DNA of 64,000 bases from Dehalococcoidia bacterium (GCA_965116325.1 OZ220675.1:513457-577456), one strand, 5' to 3'; shown: positions 43,573 to 52,449, counted from the stretch's first letter. Made by a program: numbers and translations. Notes: a model not told the origin generated them from the letters alone.

Positions 43573-45486
43573 ATGGTAACCCTTGGTAACGCCCTTAGTG
43601 GGGCATTGCGCCGTCCCACCAGCTACCACGGTGTGTGGAGCTGGATCACCACCGTCGACCACAAGCGCATTGGCATCCTTTACGGCGTCACGGCTTTCAT
43701 TTTCTTCCTGATTGCCGGCGTGGAAGCCCTGCTGATGCGCACCCAGCTAGCAAGGCCTGAGCAGGACATCGTCAGCCCCGAGGTGTTCAGCCAACTCTTC
43801 ACCATGCATGCGCTGACCATGATCTTCCTGGCCATCATGCCCCTCACAGCCGCCTTCTTTAACTTCATGATTCCCCTGATGATTGGGGCAAGGGATGTGG
43901 CCTTCCCCCGCCTGAACGCGCTGAGCTACTGGATATTTCTGTTCGGGGGCATCCTGCTGAACAGCGGATGGATCTTCGGAGGCTCCCCGAACACAGGGTG
44001 GTTCAACTACGCCAACCTGTCCGAGCAACCCTTCAATACGGGCACCGGCGTGGACTTCTACGTGGTCGGCTTGCTGGTCCTTGGAACAGCTTCCATGGCT
44101 GCAGCCTTCAACTTCATCGTCACCATTCTGAACATGCGCGCTCCCGGGATGACCCTGATGCGCATGCCGGTGTTCGTCTGGATGACCTTGGTGACCTCCT
44201 TCCTGATAATCCTGGCCTTTCCGGTGATCACCGTGGGCCTGATCGAGCTGCTGTTCGACCGGCAGTTCGGCACCGGCTTCTTCAATCCGGCGCTTGGCGG
44301 AGACCCGGTGCTCTGGCAGCACCTGTTCTGGGTGTTCGGCCATCCCGAGGTGTACATCTTGATCCTACCGGCAATGGGCATCATCTCGGAGATACTGCCG
44401 ACCTTCTCCCGCAAGCCCCTTTTTGGGTACACGGTTGTGGTCCTGTCGGGAATAATCATCGGCTTCATGGGTTGGGGTGTGTGGAGCCATCACATGTTCA
44501 CCGTCGGTCTGGGAGCTTGGTCTAACTCGGTTTTCAGCATCGCCACCATGGCCATCGCGATTCCGACAGGTATCAAGATATTCAACTGGATCGGCACCCT
44601 GTGGGGCGGGTCCATCAACATCAAAACTCCCTTGCTCTTTGCCGTGGGGTTTGTGTCCCTGTTCATCATCGGAGGCCTGAGCGGCGTGATGCACGCCTCG
44701 GCGCCCGCCGACGCCCAGCAGCAGGACACCTACTTCGTGGTCGCCCACATCCACTATGTGCTCTTCGGCGGAAGCATCTTTGCCATCTTCGCGGGCCTCT
44801 ACTACTGGTGGCCCAAGATGACCGGCAGGATGATGGACGACAACCTGGGCAAGCTGCACTTTTGGGCGATGATGATCGGGTTCAACGTGACCTTCTTCCC
44901 CATGCACTTCCTGGGCCTGCAGGGAATGCCCCGCCGGATACACACCTTCGATTCGGCCATGGGATGGGACCTGTGGAACATCGTTGCGACGGTAGGCGCC
45001 TTCTTCATGGCGGCTTCCATACTGATCTTCATACACAATGCGGTACGGAGCTTGAAGAAGGGCGAAATCGCCTCCAGCGATCCTTGGGATGGCAGGACCC
45101 TGGAGTGGTCCATACCGTCGCCTCCTCCCGTATACAACTTCGCCGAGATTCCCCAGGTGCATGGCTTGGATGCCCACTGGAGCAACAAGTACGGGGACGA
45201 TGGCCACTCAGCTCCGGTCCCGGTAGGGGGCGGGGCAGCGGGAGAAGAAGCGGTGGGCCATGAACACGCTGACGAGCACGGTGATGCGGGGCATGGGATT
45301 CATCTCCCGGGATTGTCTTACTACCCTGTGATGCTCGCCTTCGGGCTTGGAGTTGCCGGCTATGGACTGGTTTTCCACCAGACCCTTACCTGGGCTATGG
45401 CCATCGTCGGCCTGGGAATCGGGGTAGTCGCGGCCTACCTGTGGTCCTTCGAGCCTGCCGAGGAAGAGCATGATTCCGATGATTGA
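43573..45486 (+). CDS. ctaD: cytochrome c oxidase subunit I
   Basis: 637 aa. Blocks WFFGHPEVY-type (FWVFGHPEVYILILP), HHMFTVG and VAHIHYVLFGG are present, plus a C-terminal two-helix extension. Confidence 0.93.
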   Translation: MVTLGNALSGALRRPTSYHGVWSWITTVDHKRIGILYGVTAFIFFLIAGVEALLMRTQLARPEQDIVSPEVFSQLFTMHALTMIFLAIMPLTAAFFNFMIPLMIGARDVAFPRLNALSYWIFLFGGILLNSGWIFGGSPNTGWFNYANLSEQPFNTGTGVDFYVVGLLVLGTASMAAAFNFIVTILNMRAPGMTLMRMPVFVWMTLVTSFLIILAFPVITVGLIELLFDRQFGTGFFNPALGGDPVLWQHLFWVFGHPEVYILILPAMGIISEILPTFSRKPLFGYTVVVLSGIIIGFMGWGVWSHHMFTVGLGAWSNSVFSIATMAIAIPTGIKIFNWIGTLWGGSINIKTPLLFAVGFVSLFIIGGLSGVMHASAPADAQQQDTYFVVAHIHYVLFGGSIFAIFAGLYYWWPKMTGRMMDDNLGKLHFWAMMIGFNVTFFPMHFLGLQGMPRRIHTFDSAMGWDLWNIVATVGAFFMAASILIFIHNAVRSLKKGEIASSDPWDGRTLEWSIPSPPPVYNFAEIPQVHGLDAHWSNKYGDDGHSAPVPVGGGAAGEEAVGHEHADEHGDAGHGIHLPGLSYYPVMLAFGLGVAGYGLVFHQTLTWAMAIVGLGIGVVAAYLWSFEPAEEEHDSDD

Positions 45487-45569
45487 CGTCCCCAATTCCG
45501 CCAGGAAGGCCCAAGCCTAGTCATGGAGAAAGGTTAGAGTTGGAACATCCGACTGGACAAGGCCACTCT

Positions 45570-46247
45570 ATGGTCGAACAGACGACTACGGGGCTGAACC
45601 ATCGCAAGATGCTGATGTGGCTGTTCCTGGGGTCGGACTGCCTGTTCTTCGGCTCCCTGATAGCCACCTATCTCATCTACCGGGGAGAAAGCCTCGTTGG
45701 TCCCTTCCCCGAGGATGTGTTCAGCATTCCGGTCACCACAGTGAGCACCTTTGTGCTCCTGATGAGCAGCATGTCCATGGTGCTGGCCTACTCGGCCATC
45801 AACCGGGGCAACATGCGGGCTTTCCGCGTATGGCTGTTGTCCACCTGTTTGCTGGGCGCCACCTTCCTGGGCTTTCAGACCTTCGAGTTCTACGAGTTTG
45901 CCAACCATGAGAGGACCGTCGAGTGCCAGCCCGGCTCCCAGGTGCCCGAATGCCTGGCAGGAGCAGAGAAGTACAAGGAAGATTACGGTCTGACTCCCCA
46001 GACGAACCTGTTCGGCACCACCTTCTTCACCCTGACCGGCTTCCACGGCGCCCACGTGACCGTTGGTGTGATCTGGCTGCTGTCCATCGTCGGCTACTCC
46101 TTCATAGGGGGCAGGAGAGCCCAGCGGGTGCTCACCGACAGGCAGGCCCTGAGCGTCGACCTTGCAGCCCTGTACTGGCACTTCGTGGATATCGTCTGGA
46201 TCGTCATCTTTGCAGTCGTCTATCTGATTGGAGTCGGAGTTAACTAG
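45570..46247 (+). CDS. ctaE: cytochrome c oxidase subunit III
   Basis: Blocks FFTLTGFHGAHVTVGVIWL and YWHFVDIVWIVIF are present. I prefer the start ATG 45570 (MVEQTT...); the track ORF begins at TTG 45483. Confidence 0.88.
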   Translation: MVEQTTTGLNHRKMLMWLFLGSDCLFFGSLIATYLIYRGESLVGPFPEDVFSIPVTTVSTFVLLMSSMSMVLAYSAINRGNMRAFRVWLLSTCLLGATFLGFQTFEFYEFANHERTVECQPGSQVPECLAGAEKYKEDYGLTPQTNLFGTTFFTLTGFHGAHVTVGVIWLLSIVGYSFIGGRRAQRVLTDRQALSVDLAALYWHFVDIVWIVIFAVVYLIGVGVN

Positions 46248-46290
46248 CGCACCGTGATGGGAAACGTGATAACTGACCAGAGGAACACAA

Positions 46291-47436
46291 ATGGCGCATA
46301 GCCAAGGGCACAGTGAGGGAGCGCACCCGACGGCCGCTACCTACATCAAGGTAGCCCTCACGCTGGCGGTGCTGACAGCCATAGAATTTGGTGTCTTCTA
46401 CCTGGAGATGCCGAACCTGGTGCTGATTACCGTCTTCCTCCTCCTTTCCCTGGTCAAGTTCGCCCTTGTGATCCTCTTCTACATGCACCTGAAGTTCGAC
46501 AGCCGCCTGTTCTCAGGGGTGTTCATCGGAGGCTTGGTACTGGCGATTGCCGTGTCCATAGCCCTCATGGCCATATTCCAGGTGCTGGACACCCTGGCCA
46601 ATCCTTCCGAGCCGGATGGGACAAATGGTGTAGTTGTTGGACCTACGCCCACCCCGACGGAGCCGCCAGATGGCCCGGAGTGCGCACCCGACGACCGGAT
46701 TTGCCAGGGTCAGCAGCTCTTCCTCAACGTCCCAGCCAGTGCTGCTCCCCAGGCCCTGTGGTGCAGCCAGTGTCATGCCCTCGGCGACATCGCCAACGGG
46801 GCGATTGGTCCCGACCTGACCAATATCGCCGTCGATGCTGAAACCCGTAGGCCAGGGATGTCCGCCGAGGAGTACATCCGGGAGTCCATCAGGGAGCCGG
46901 AAGCCTTCCTGTGCGAAGTTGAGCTCTGCACCCAGGGGCTGATGACAGCCTCCGTTACCGGCGGCCTGACCGACGAGGAGGTAGACCTTCTGGTCGAGTT
47001 CCTGATGAGCGCTACGGCCGCCGACGCGACGCAGGCTCCCGTTGTGGACGTCATGGTCCCCACTACCCCCGTAGATACCCCCACCGACTCGCCTGCGCCG
47101 GCAGGAGGCCTCGTGGCCGAAGGCCAAGCCCTGTTCATGAGCGCACCTCCCAACGTGGGTCCTCAAGCCCTCTGGTGCTCCGAGTGCCACGCCATAGAGG
47201 GGCTCGCCAACGGACTCATTGGCCCAGACCTGACCAACATCGGCTCCCTTGCTGCGTCCCGAAAGCCGGGCACCTCAGCCGAAGATTACCTGGTTGAGTC
47301 CCTGCGTAATCCCGACGGGTTCATTCCCGACGGCGTGGAGCGCGCAACACCCGGCCTCATGACTCTTGCCATCGTCCAGGACCTGACCGACGAGCAGGTG
47401 GAGGCGCTGGTGGCCTTCCTGCTAGCCCAGCAGTAG
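46291..47436 (+). CDS. caa3-type oxidase subunit IV fused to two c-type cytochrome domains
   Basis: The N-terminal ~105 aa match prokaryotic COX4 (YIKVALTLAVLTAIEF...LVKFALVILFYMHLKFD). A PT linker follows, then two homologous domains, each with CxxCH (CSQCH, CSECH) and the pattern GPDLTNI...PGLM. Confidence 0.85.
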   Translation: MAHSQGHSEGAHPTAATYIKVALTLAVLTAIEFGVFYLEMPNLVLITVFLLLSLVKFALVILFYMHLKFDSRLFSGVFIGGLVLAIAVSIALMAIFQVLDTLANPSEPDGTNGVVVGPTPTPTEPPDGPECAPDDRICQGQQLFLNVPASAAPQALWCSQCHALGDIANGAIGPDLTNIAVDAETRRPGMSAEEYIRESIREPEAFLCEVELCTQGLMTASVTGGLTDEEVDLLVEFLMSATAADATQAPVVDVMVPTTPVDTPTDSPAPAGGLVAEGQALFMSAPPNVGPQALWCSECHAIEGLANGLIGPDLTNIGSLAASRKPGTSAEDYLVESLRNPDGFIPDGVERATPGLMTLAIVQDLTDEQVEALVAFLLAQQ

Positions 47437-47505
47437 GAGCGGTGGAGGGTTCCCGGTGCCCGTTAATGAACTGCTCCGCCCATGCATCTCTGTAGCTGAG
47501 CTACG

Positions 47506-48444
47506 ATGATACTTCTCCAGGTAGCAGACTTTTCCTGGACCCAGTGGCATGCCCACCCCAGCATAATCCTGGGCCTGCTTGCCTTCGGGGGAGCCTACCT
47601 CCTTGGTGTGGGGCCGCTGCGCCAGCGCTACCGCTTGGGCCCTCCAGCGGAAGGGTGGCGGGTCTCGTTGTTCCTGCTGGGCGTGCTGGTGCTGATGGCA
47701 GCCCTGCTCTCCCCCATCCACGATCTGGGCGAGCGATACCTCTTCAGCTTTCACATGCTCCAGCACATGCTGCTCATGCTGGTCTTTCCGCCCCTGGTGC
47801 TCATCAGCACCCCGCCGTGGCTGCTCCGACCCTTGCTGAGGAATCCCACGGTGAGGAACGCAGCTTCCTTCGTTACCAGGCCGGTAGCGGCCTTCCTGAT
47901 ATTCAATGCGGTCCTGGTGTTCTGGCACGTCCCTGGGCTGTACGACCTGGCCTTGCGGGAACGAAACATTCACATACTCGAGCACATCACCTTTATGGGA
48001 GCGGCGGTGCTGATGTGGTGGCCGGTCCTCAGCCCCATGCCAGAGCTGCCCAGGGCGCCGTACATCGGCCAAATGGCCTACCTGTTCATGGTTCCAACCG
48101 TCTCAGCTATTTTGGGAGCATTCATCACCTTCTCCGAGTCGGTGTGGTACGATTGGTACGCTGAAGCTCCCCGCATATGGGAGATATCAGCCAAGACAGA
48201 CCAGGAGATCGGGGGTCTGCTCATGTGGGTCCCCGGGGGCGCTGTGTTTATGGCATCCCTGATCATCGTGTTCCTGGTCTGGGCAAGCAGGTCCGAATCC
48301 GATGACAGCGCCCGCGTTAGCATCGAAGCAGGGGACACCCCTACAGGAGGCCAAGGAGCGTCCTACATACAGGCTTCCGGTCCGGAGCCGGGGAGCCAAA
48401 TTGGAACCGATCTTGGGTCGAGTACGACCAGGGAGGCTTATTGA
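47506..48444 (+). CDS. ctaG: cytochrome c oxidase assembly factor CtaG (Caa3_CtaG family)
   Basis: 312 aa and polytopic. Blocks HMLQHMLLMLVFPPL, FWHVPGLYD and HILEHITFMGAAVLMWWPV are present. Confidence 0.85.
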   Translation: MILLQVADFSWTQWHAHPSIILGLLAFGGAYLLGVGPLRQRYRLGPPAEGWRVSLFLLGVLVLMAALLSPIHDLGERYLFSFHMLQHMLLMLVFPPLVLISTPPWLLRPLLRNPTVRNAASFVTRPVAAFLIFNAVLVFWHVPGLYDLALRERNIHILEHITFMGAAVLMWWPVLSPMPELPRAPYIGQMAYLFMVPTVSAILGAFITFSESVWYDWYAEAPRIWEISAKTDQEIGGLLMWVPGGAVFMASLIIVFLVWASRSESDDSARVSIEAGDTPTGGQGASYIQASGPEPGSQIGTDLGSSTTREAY

Positions 48445-48641
48445 TGAAACCAACAACCATGGCCGCGCTGCTCCCTATCATGGCAGCTATTTTCATAGTC
48501 CTCTGGGGCGGCGCCTTGGGCGTCGTATTCATTCTGTTGTACAAGACCCCACTGCATGAGTGGGGCCCGGTGATCCTCGGCATGGCCCTGGTTATCGGGA
48601 TACCGGCTGTCGCCGGGCTGCTCGCCAAGGACCGCGGCTAG
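48444..48641 (+). CDS. small two-helix membrane protein translationally coupled to ctaG
   Basis: ATG 48444 overlaps the ctaG stop (TGATG), and GGGAGG lies 8 nt upstream. The 65-aa product has two hydrophobic helices. Confidence 0.55.
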   Translation: MKPTTMAALLPIMAAIFIVLWGGALGVVFILLYKTPLHEWGPVILGMALVIGIPAVAGLLAKDRG

Positions 48642-48673
48642 ACTGGGCCCGAAGTGTTCTCTCCTACAGGCCT

Positions 48674-49354
48674 ATGCTTCTGAAGGCTACGCTCCTTGCC
48701 GCCGCGCTCATCCTCACCGTGGCGGCATGCGGCGAAGACCCTTCCTTCCAGGGAAACACTCTCAACGTTGAGCAGGCGCCCGACTTCCGCCTCAGGGACC
48801 AAAACAACACCGAGGTTGCCCTGTCCGACTTCCGGGGAAAGGTTGTGGCCCTGACCTTCCTGTACACCTACTGCCCAGAGATCTGCCCGGGCATCGCCGA
48901 GACCATCAGAAAGGCGTCTGAGCTCCTGGACGCCGAAGCAGAGCAGGTGCAGTTCCTGGCCGTCAGCGTGGACCCTGAGCGAGACACGGTGGATTCGGCA
49001 CTCAACTACAGCAGGGACACCGGCCTGCACGACCAGTGGAGATTCCTGGTAGGCACCCAGGAGGAGCTGGAGCCAGTGTGGAAGGCCTACTGGCTGGACC
49101 CGTCGGTGGACACTTCGGTGGGGTACCAGATCGTGCACCTCCACGAGGACGGAGAGCTGCACTTGCACGAGGTGGATGGCGGGAGCGGCGTCAGTACCGG
49201 CGACCTGAAGGTTGTACGCGAAGGTCCGCTGATCTCTCACTCAGCCCCGGTGTTTTTGATCGATAGGGACGGCAACCGGCGGGTGCTGTTGAACGACATT
49301 ACGCTGGACCCGGCGCCCCTGGTCCACGACCTGCGCCTTCTGCTGGACGACTAG
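48674..49354 (+). CDS. SCO1/SenC family copper chaperone / thiol-disulfide oxidoreductase lipoprotein
   Basis: ATG 48674 gives MLLKATLLAAALILTVAAC (lipobox). It has the Trx fold with the CxxxC copper motif YTYCPEICP and a downstream His. Confidence 0.85.
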   Translation: MLLKATLLAAALILTVAACGEDPSFQGNTLNVEQAPDFRLRDQNNTEVALSDFRGKVVALTFLYTYCPEICPGIAETIRKASELLDAEAEQVQFLAVSVDPERDTVDSALNYSRDTGLHDQWRFLVGTQEELEPVWKAYWLDPSVDTSVGYQIVHLHEDGELHLHEVDGGSGVSTGDLKVVREGPLISHSAPVFLIDRDGNRRVLLNDITLDPAPLVHDLRLLLDD

Positions 49355-49376
49355 TCCAGCCTGGGAGACGCGCTGG

Positions 49377-49736
49377 CTAAGCGGCCTGGTTGGCTTGGGC
49401 TATTTCCACCAGCTTGTCGAAGGCTGGCCGGTCGTTGACTGCCATCTCAGCCAGCATCTTGCGGTCAATCTCGACATTTGCCACTTTCAGGCCGTGGATC
49501 ATGCGGCTGTAGGTCAGCCCCGACTGGCGGGCTGCGGCCCCGATGCGAATGATCCACAGACGCCGGAAATCGCCCTTGCGCTCTCTCCTATGCCTGTAGG
49601 CGTGGCTCCAAGCATGGATGAGAGCTTCCTTGGCCCACCTGTAGTTCCGGTGGGAGGACCCCCGGAATCCCCTGGCTGCCAGTAGTACTTTCTTGTGTCG
49701 GCGGCGCCTGGTTACGCCGCTCCTTGCCCTTGTCAT
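49377..49736 (-). CDS. rplT: 50S ribosomal protein L20
   Basis: 119 aa. MTRARSGVTRRRRHKKVLLAARGFRG is a typical L20 N-terminus. Confidence 0.95.
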   Translation of the reverse strand: MTRARSGVTRRRRHKKVLLAARGFRGSSHRNYRWAKEALIHAWSHAYRHRRERKGDFRRLWIIRIGAAARQSGLTYSRMIHGLKVANVEIDRKMLAEMAVNDRPAFDKLVEIAQANQAA

Positions 49737-49765
49737 TCTTTGACTACCTGTCTATCTCCGTTGGA

Positions 49766-49963
49766 TTACCCGTAGGGGACCAGCTTTGCCAGCCTCTTGA
49801 CGTCCGCGGCATCCACCAAGCGCTTGCCCTCGTACTGGCGTCGTACCTTCTTGGGCTTCTTGCGTCGCAGGTGGCTGCTCATTCTCTTGCGGCGCATGAG
49901 CTTGCCCGCTCCCGTGATGTGGATACGGGCTTTAGCTCCCTTGTGGGTCTTCATTTTGGGCAT
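49766..49963 (-). CDS. rpmI: 50S ribosomal protein L35
   Basis: 65 aa, beginning MPKMKTHKGAKARI. GGGAG lies upstream. It overlaps the infC 3' end by 32 nt. Confidence 0.95.
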   Translation of the reverse strand: MPKMKTHKGAKARIHITGAGKLMRRKRMSSHLRRKKPKKVRRQYEGKRLVDAADVKRLAKLVPYG

Positions 49964-50507
49964 CCGCTACTCCCGCCAACTCCGTTTTGGCTTTCCGGGC
50001 ACTGGGGACCAGTATGATGGACATCGCCCGGCCTTCCATCCCCGGCGGCTTCTCCAGCCTAGCCTCATCCTGGAGCTCGTCCGCCACCTTTTTCAGCAGG
50101 GTCATGCCAAGCTGGGCGTGGGACTGCTCTCTGCCCCGGAAGACGACGGCCACCTTTACCTTGGAGCCGTCCTGGATGAGCTCTTTGACCTTGCGCACCT
50201 TGGATGAAAAGTCGTGGGTGCCGATGTTGGGTCGGAAGCGCACTTCTCGCAGGGCTGTGTTTTTCTGGGACTTCTTGGCTTCCCGTTCCTTCTTGGAGTA
50301 CAGGTACCTCAGCTTACCGTAGTCCAGCAGACGGCACACCGGGGGGCTTCCGTTCGGGGCCACCTCTACCAGATCGACCCCTCGCTCCCTGGCTGCTTCC
50401 AGGGCTTCGGCAAGGGACAGCACCCCAAGCTGCTCGCCGCCTTCAGCGATGACGAGCACCTCGGATGCTCGGATTCTTTGGTTTACTCTGTATTCCTTAG
50501 TAGGGAT
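49932..50507 (-). CDS. infC: translation initiation factor IF-3, probably initiated at a non-canonical ATC codon
   Basis: The track ORF starts at GTG 50459, but the conserved IF-3 N-terminus (PTKEYRVNQRIRASEV-LVIAEGGEQLGV) continues in frame upstream. There is no ATG, GTG or TTG before the in-frame TAG at 50516-50514. ATC 50507-50505 has GGAGG (50521-50517) 9 nt upstream. Confidence 0.8.
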   Translation of the reverse strand: MPTKEYRVNQRIRASEVLVIAEGGEQLGVLSLAEALEAARERGVDLVEVAPNGSPPVCRLLDYGKLRYLYSKKEREAKKSQKNTALREVRFRPNIGTHDFSSKVRKVKELIQDGSKVKVAVVFRGREQSHAQLGMTLLKKVADELQDEARLEKPPGMEGRAMSIILVPSARKAKTELAGVADAQNEDPQGS

Positions 50508-50563
50508 GCCCGGCTACCTCCAGGATGTGATGGATACTCTGCCCGTATTTTAGCTTGCGCAAG

Positions 50564-50592
50564 AATATAGCATAGGCGCATATGCAAGTCAA
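50564..50592 (-). promoter_or_regulatory. sigma70-like promoter TTGACT-N17-TATATT upstream of infC
   Basis: On the minus strand, TTGACT lies at 50592-50587 and TATATT at 50569-50564, with an exact 17-nt spacer, just downstream of the thrS stop. Confidence 0.5.
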
Positions 50593-50608
50593 ACGTACTG
50601 CCGTTGGC

Positions 50609-52366
50609 CTACGCTTTGCGGATAATTTCGTCGCTCATCCGTGCGACGAGGGTGTCAATGCTGACGGGACCCAGGTTCTCGCCCGTGCGTAGGCGCACCG
50701 ACGCGGTATCGCTGCCCATTTCCGAGTCTCCGACCACCAGCATGTAGGGCACCTTGTCCATCTGGGCTTCCCGTATCTTCAGGTTCATCCGTTCGCTGCG
50801 GGCGTCCACTTGGCCGCGGATGTGGCTGCCCCTCAGCCGGCCCTTCACCTCGTTGGCATACTCCAGGTGACGGTCTGCAATTGGTATCACCAGGGCCTGG
50901 ACGGGGGCAAGCCAGAGGGGAAAGGCGCCTCCGTAGTGCTCCATGAGCACCCCGACGAAGCGCTCCACCGAACCCATGATCGCCCGGTGCACCATATAAG
51001 GCCGGTGCTGGCCGCCGTCGGCTCCCTGGAAGGTCAGGTCAAAGCGTTCGGGCAGGTTGAAATCGAACTGGACGGTGGTGCATTGCCACTCGCGCCCCAG
51101 GGCGTCCTTGATCTTGATGTCGATCTTTGGGCCATAGAAAGCGCCACCGCCCTCGTCGATGCCGTACTGCAAGCCGCGCCTGTTCAGTGCGCTGGCCAGG
51201 GAGTCGGTGGCGTGCTGCCACATCTCCTCATCTCCAACGTGCTTCTCCGGCTTGGTGGACAAAGAGATGCTGAAGTCGGAGAAACCGAAGGTGCCGAGCA
51301 GCTCGAAGGTCAAGTCCAGAACCCCGAGCACCTCGTCTTCGACCTGCTCGGGCAGGCAGAAAATATGGGCATCATCCTGGGTGAACCCCCGGACCCGCAT
51401 CAGCCCGTGGAGCACCCCACTTCTCTCGTAGCGATACACCGTTCCCAGCTCTGCGAACCTGAGGGGCAGCTCCCGGTAGCTTCTCAGGTCCGACCTGTAG
51501 ATCATGATGTGGAAGGGGCAGTTCATCGGCTTCAGGTAGTACTCGTTTCCGTCCACATCGTTAGGAGAGAACATACTCTCCCGGTAGAAGTCCAGGTGAC
51601 CGCTGGTCTCCCACAAGCGCGCCTTACCCACGTGGGGAGAATAGACCACATCGTAGTTGTGCTTGTCGTGAAGCTCCTGCCAGTAGGCCTGGATGATGCT
51701 GCGAACCCGCCCCCCTTTGGGGTGCCACGTGATCAGTCCGGGCCCTATATCTTCGTGGATTCCAAAGAGGTCCAACTGCTTGCCTAAGCGACGATGGTCC
51801 CGCTTCTCAGCTTCCTCCAGCATGTGGAGGAATTCGTCCAGGGCATCCTGGCTTTCGAAGGCGGTCCCGTAGATGCGCTGGAGCATGGGGCGCTTCTCGT
51901 CGCCCCTCCAGTAGGCCCCCGCCACGTTCAGCAGCTTGACCGCGCCTATCTTGCCCGTGGACTCCACGTGGGGTCCCTGGCACAGGTCTACGAAGCCGCC
52001 ATGGGTGTAGGTGCTCAGCTCCTCATCCTCGGGGATGTCGTGGATTATCTCCAGCTTGAACTGCTGGTCCTGGAACATGTCGTTGGCTTGGTCACGGCTG
52101 ATGACCTCCCTCTCGAAGGGATGGTCCTGGGCGATGGCATCCATCATGCGGGACTGTATGCTTTCCAGGTCTTCCGGCGTGAAAGGCCGAGACACTTGGA
52201 AATCGTAGTAGAAGCCCTCATCGGTGGAAGGCCCGATGCCGATCTGGGCCTCAGGGAAGAGCCGTATGACGGCATCGGCCATCACATGGGCCGCTGAGTG
52301 GCGCATACGATGGCGCAGGGCCATCAACTCCCCATCGGGATGGCTACCGGTAGCTGTCATTTCCAT
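50609..52366 (-). CDS. thrS: threonyl-tRNA synthetase (no N-terminal TGS domain)
   Basis: 585 aa. The protein begins only 17 aa before the editing-domain block HSAAHVMADAV. Class II blocks YRELPLRFAELGTVYRYE, GFTQDDAHIF and GGAFYGPKID are present, with an anticodon-binding domain at the C-terminus. Confidence 0.93.
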   Translation of the reverse strand: MEMTATGSHPDGELMALRHRMRHSAAHVMADAVIRLFPEAQIGIGPSTDEGFYYDFQVSRPFTPEDLESIQSRMMDAIAQDHPFEREVISRDQANDMFQDQQFKLEIIHDIPEDEELSTYTHGGFVDLCQGPHVESTGKIGAVKLLNVAGAYWRGDEKRPMLQRIYGTAFESQDALDEFLHMLEEAEKRDHRRLGKQLDLFGIHEDIGPGLITWHPKGGRVRSIIQAYWQELHDKHNYDVVYSPHVGKARLWETSGHLDFYRESMFSPNDVDGNEYYLKPMNCPFHIMIYRSDLRSYRELPLRFAELGTVYRYERSGVLHGLMRVRGFTQDDAHIFCLPEQVEDEVLGVLDLTFELLGTFGFSDFSISLSTKPEKHVGDEEMWQHATDSLASALNRRGLQYGIDEGGGAFYGPKIDIKIKDALGREWQCTTVQFDFNLPERFDLTFQGADGGQHRPYMVHRAIMGSVERFVGVLMEHYGGAFPLWLAPVQALVIPIADRHLEYANEVKGRLRGSHIRGQVDARSERMNLKIREAQMDKVPYMLVVGDSEMGSDTASVRLRTGENLGPVSIDTLVARMSDEIIRKA

Positions 52367-52449
52367 TCAATTACCCATCCACTGGAATTAGCAATTCAAT
52401 ATAGCATACGGCCCGCTCAGCTTGTAACCAGCCTCATATTGCAGCTTTG

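Noticed and set aside
49355-49376. Bidirectional terminator between the convergent Sco and rplT genes (CCAGC...GCTGG).
   Set aside because: There is only a 5-bp stem with an 11-nt loop in a 22-nt gap. The structure is too weak to call.
52367-52449. T-box or other leader upstream of thrS.
   Set aside because: Only 83 nt separate thrS from the stop codon of the upstream gene. That is too short for a T-box, and no specifier or T-box sequence is visible.
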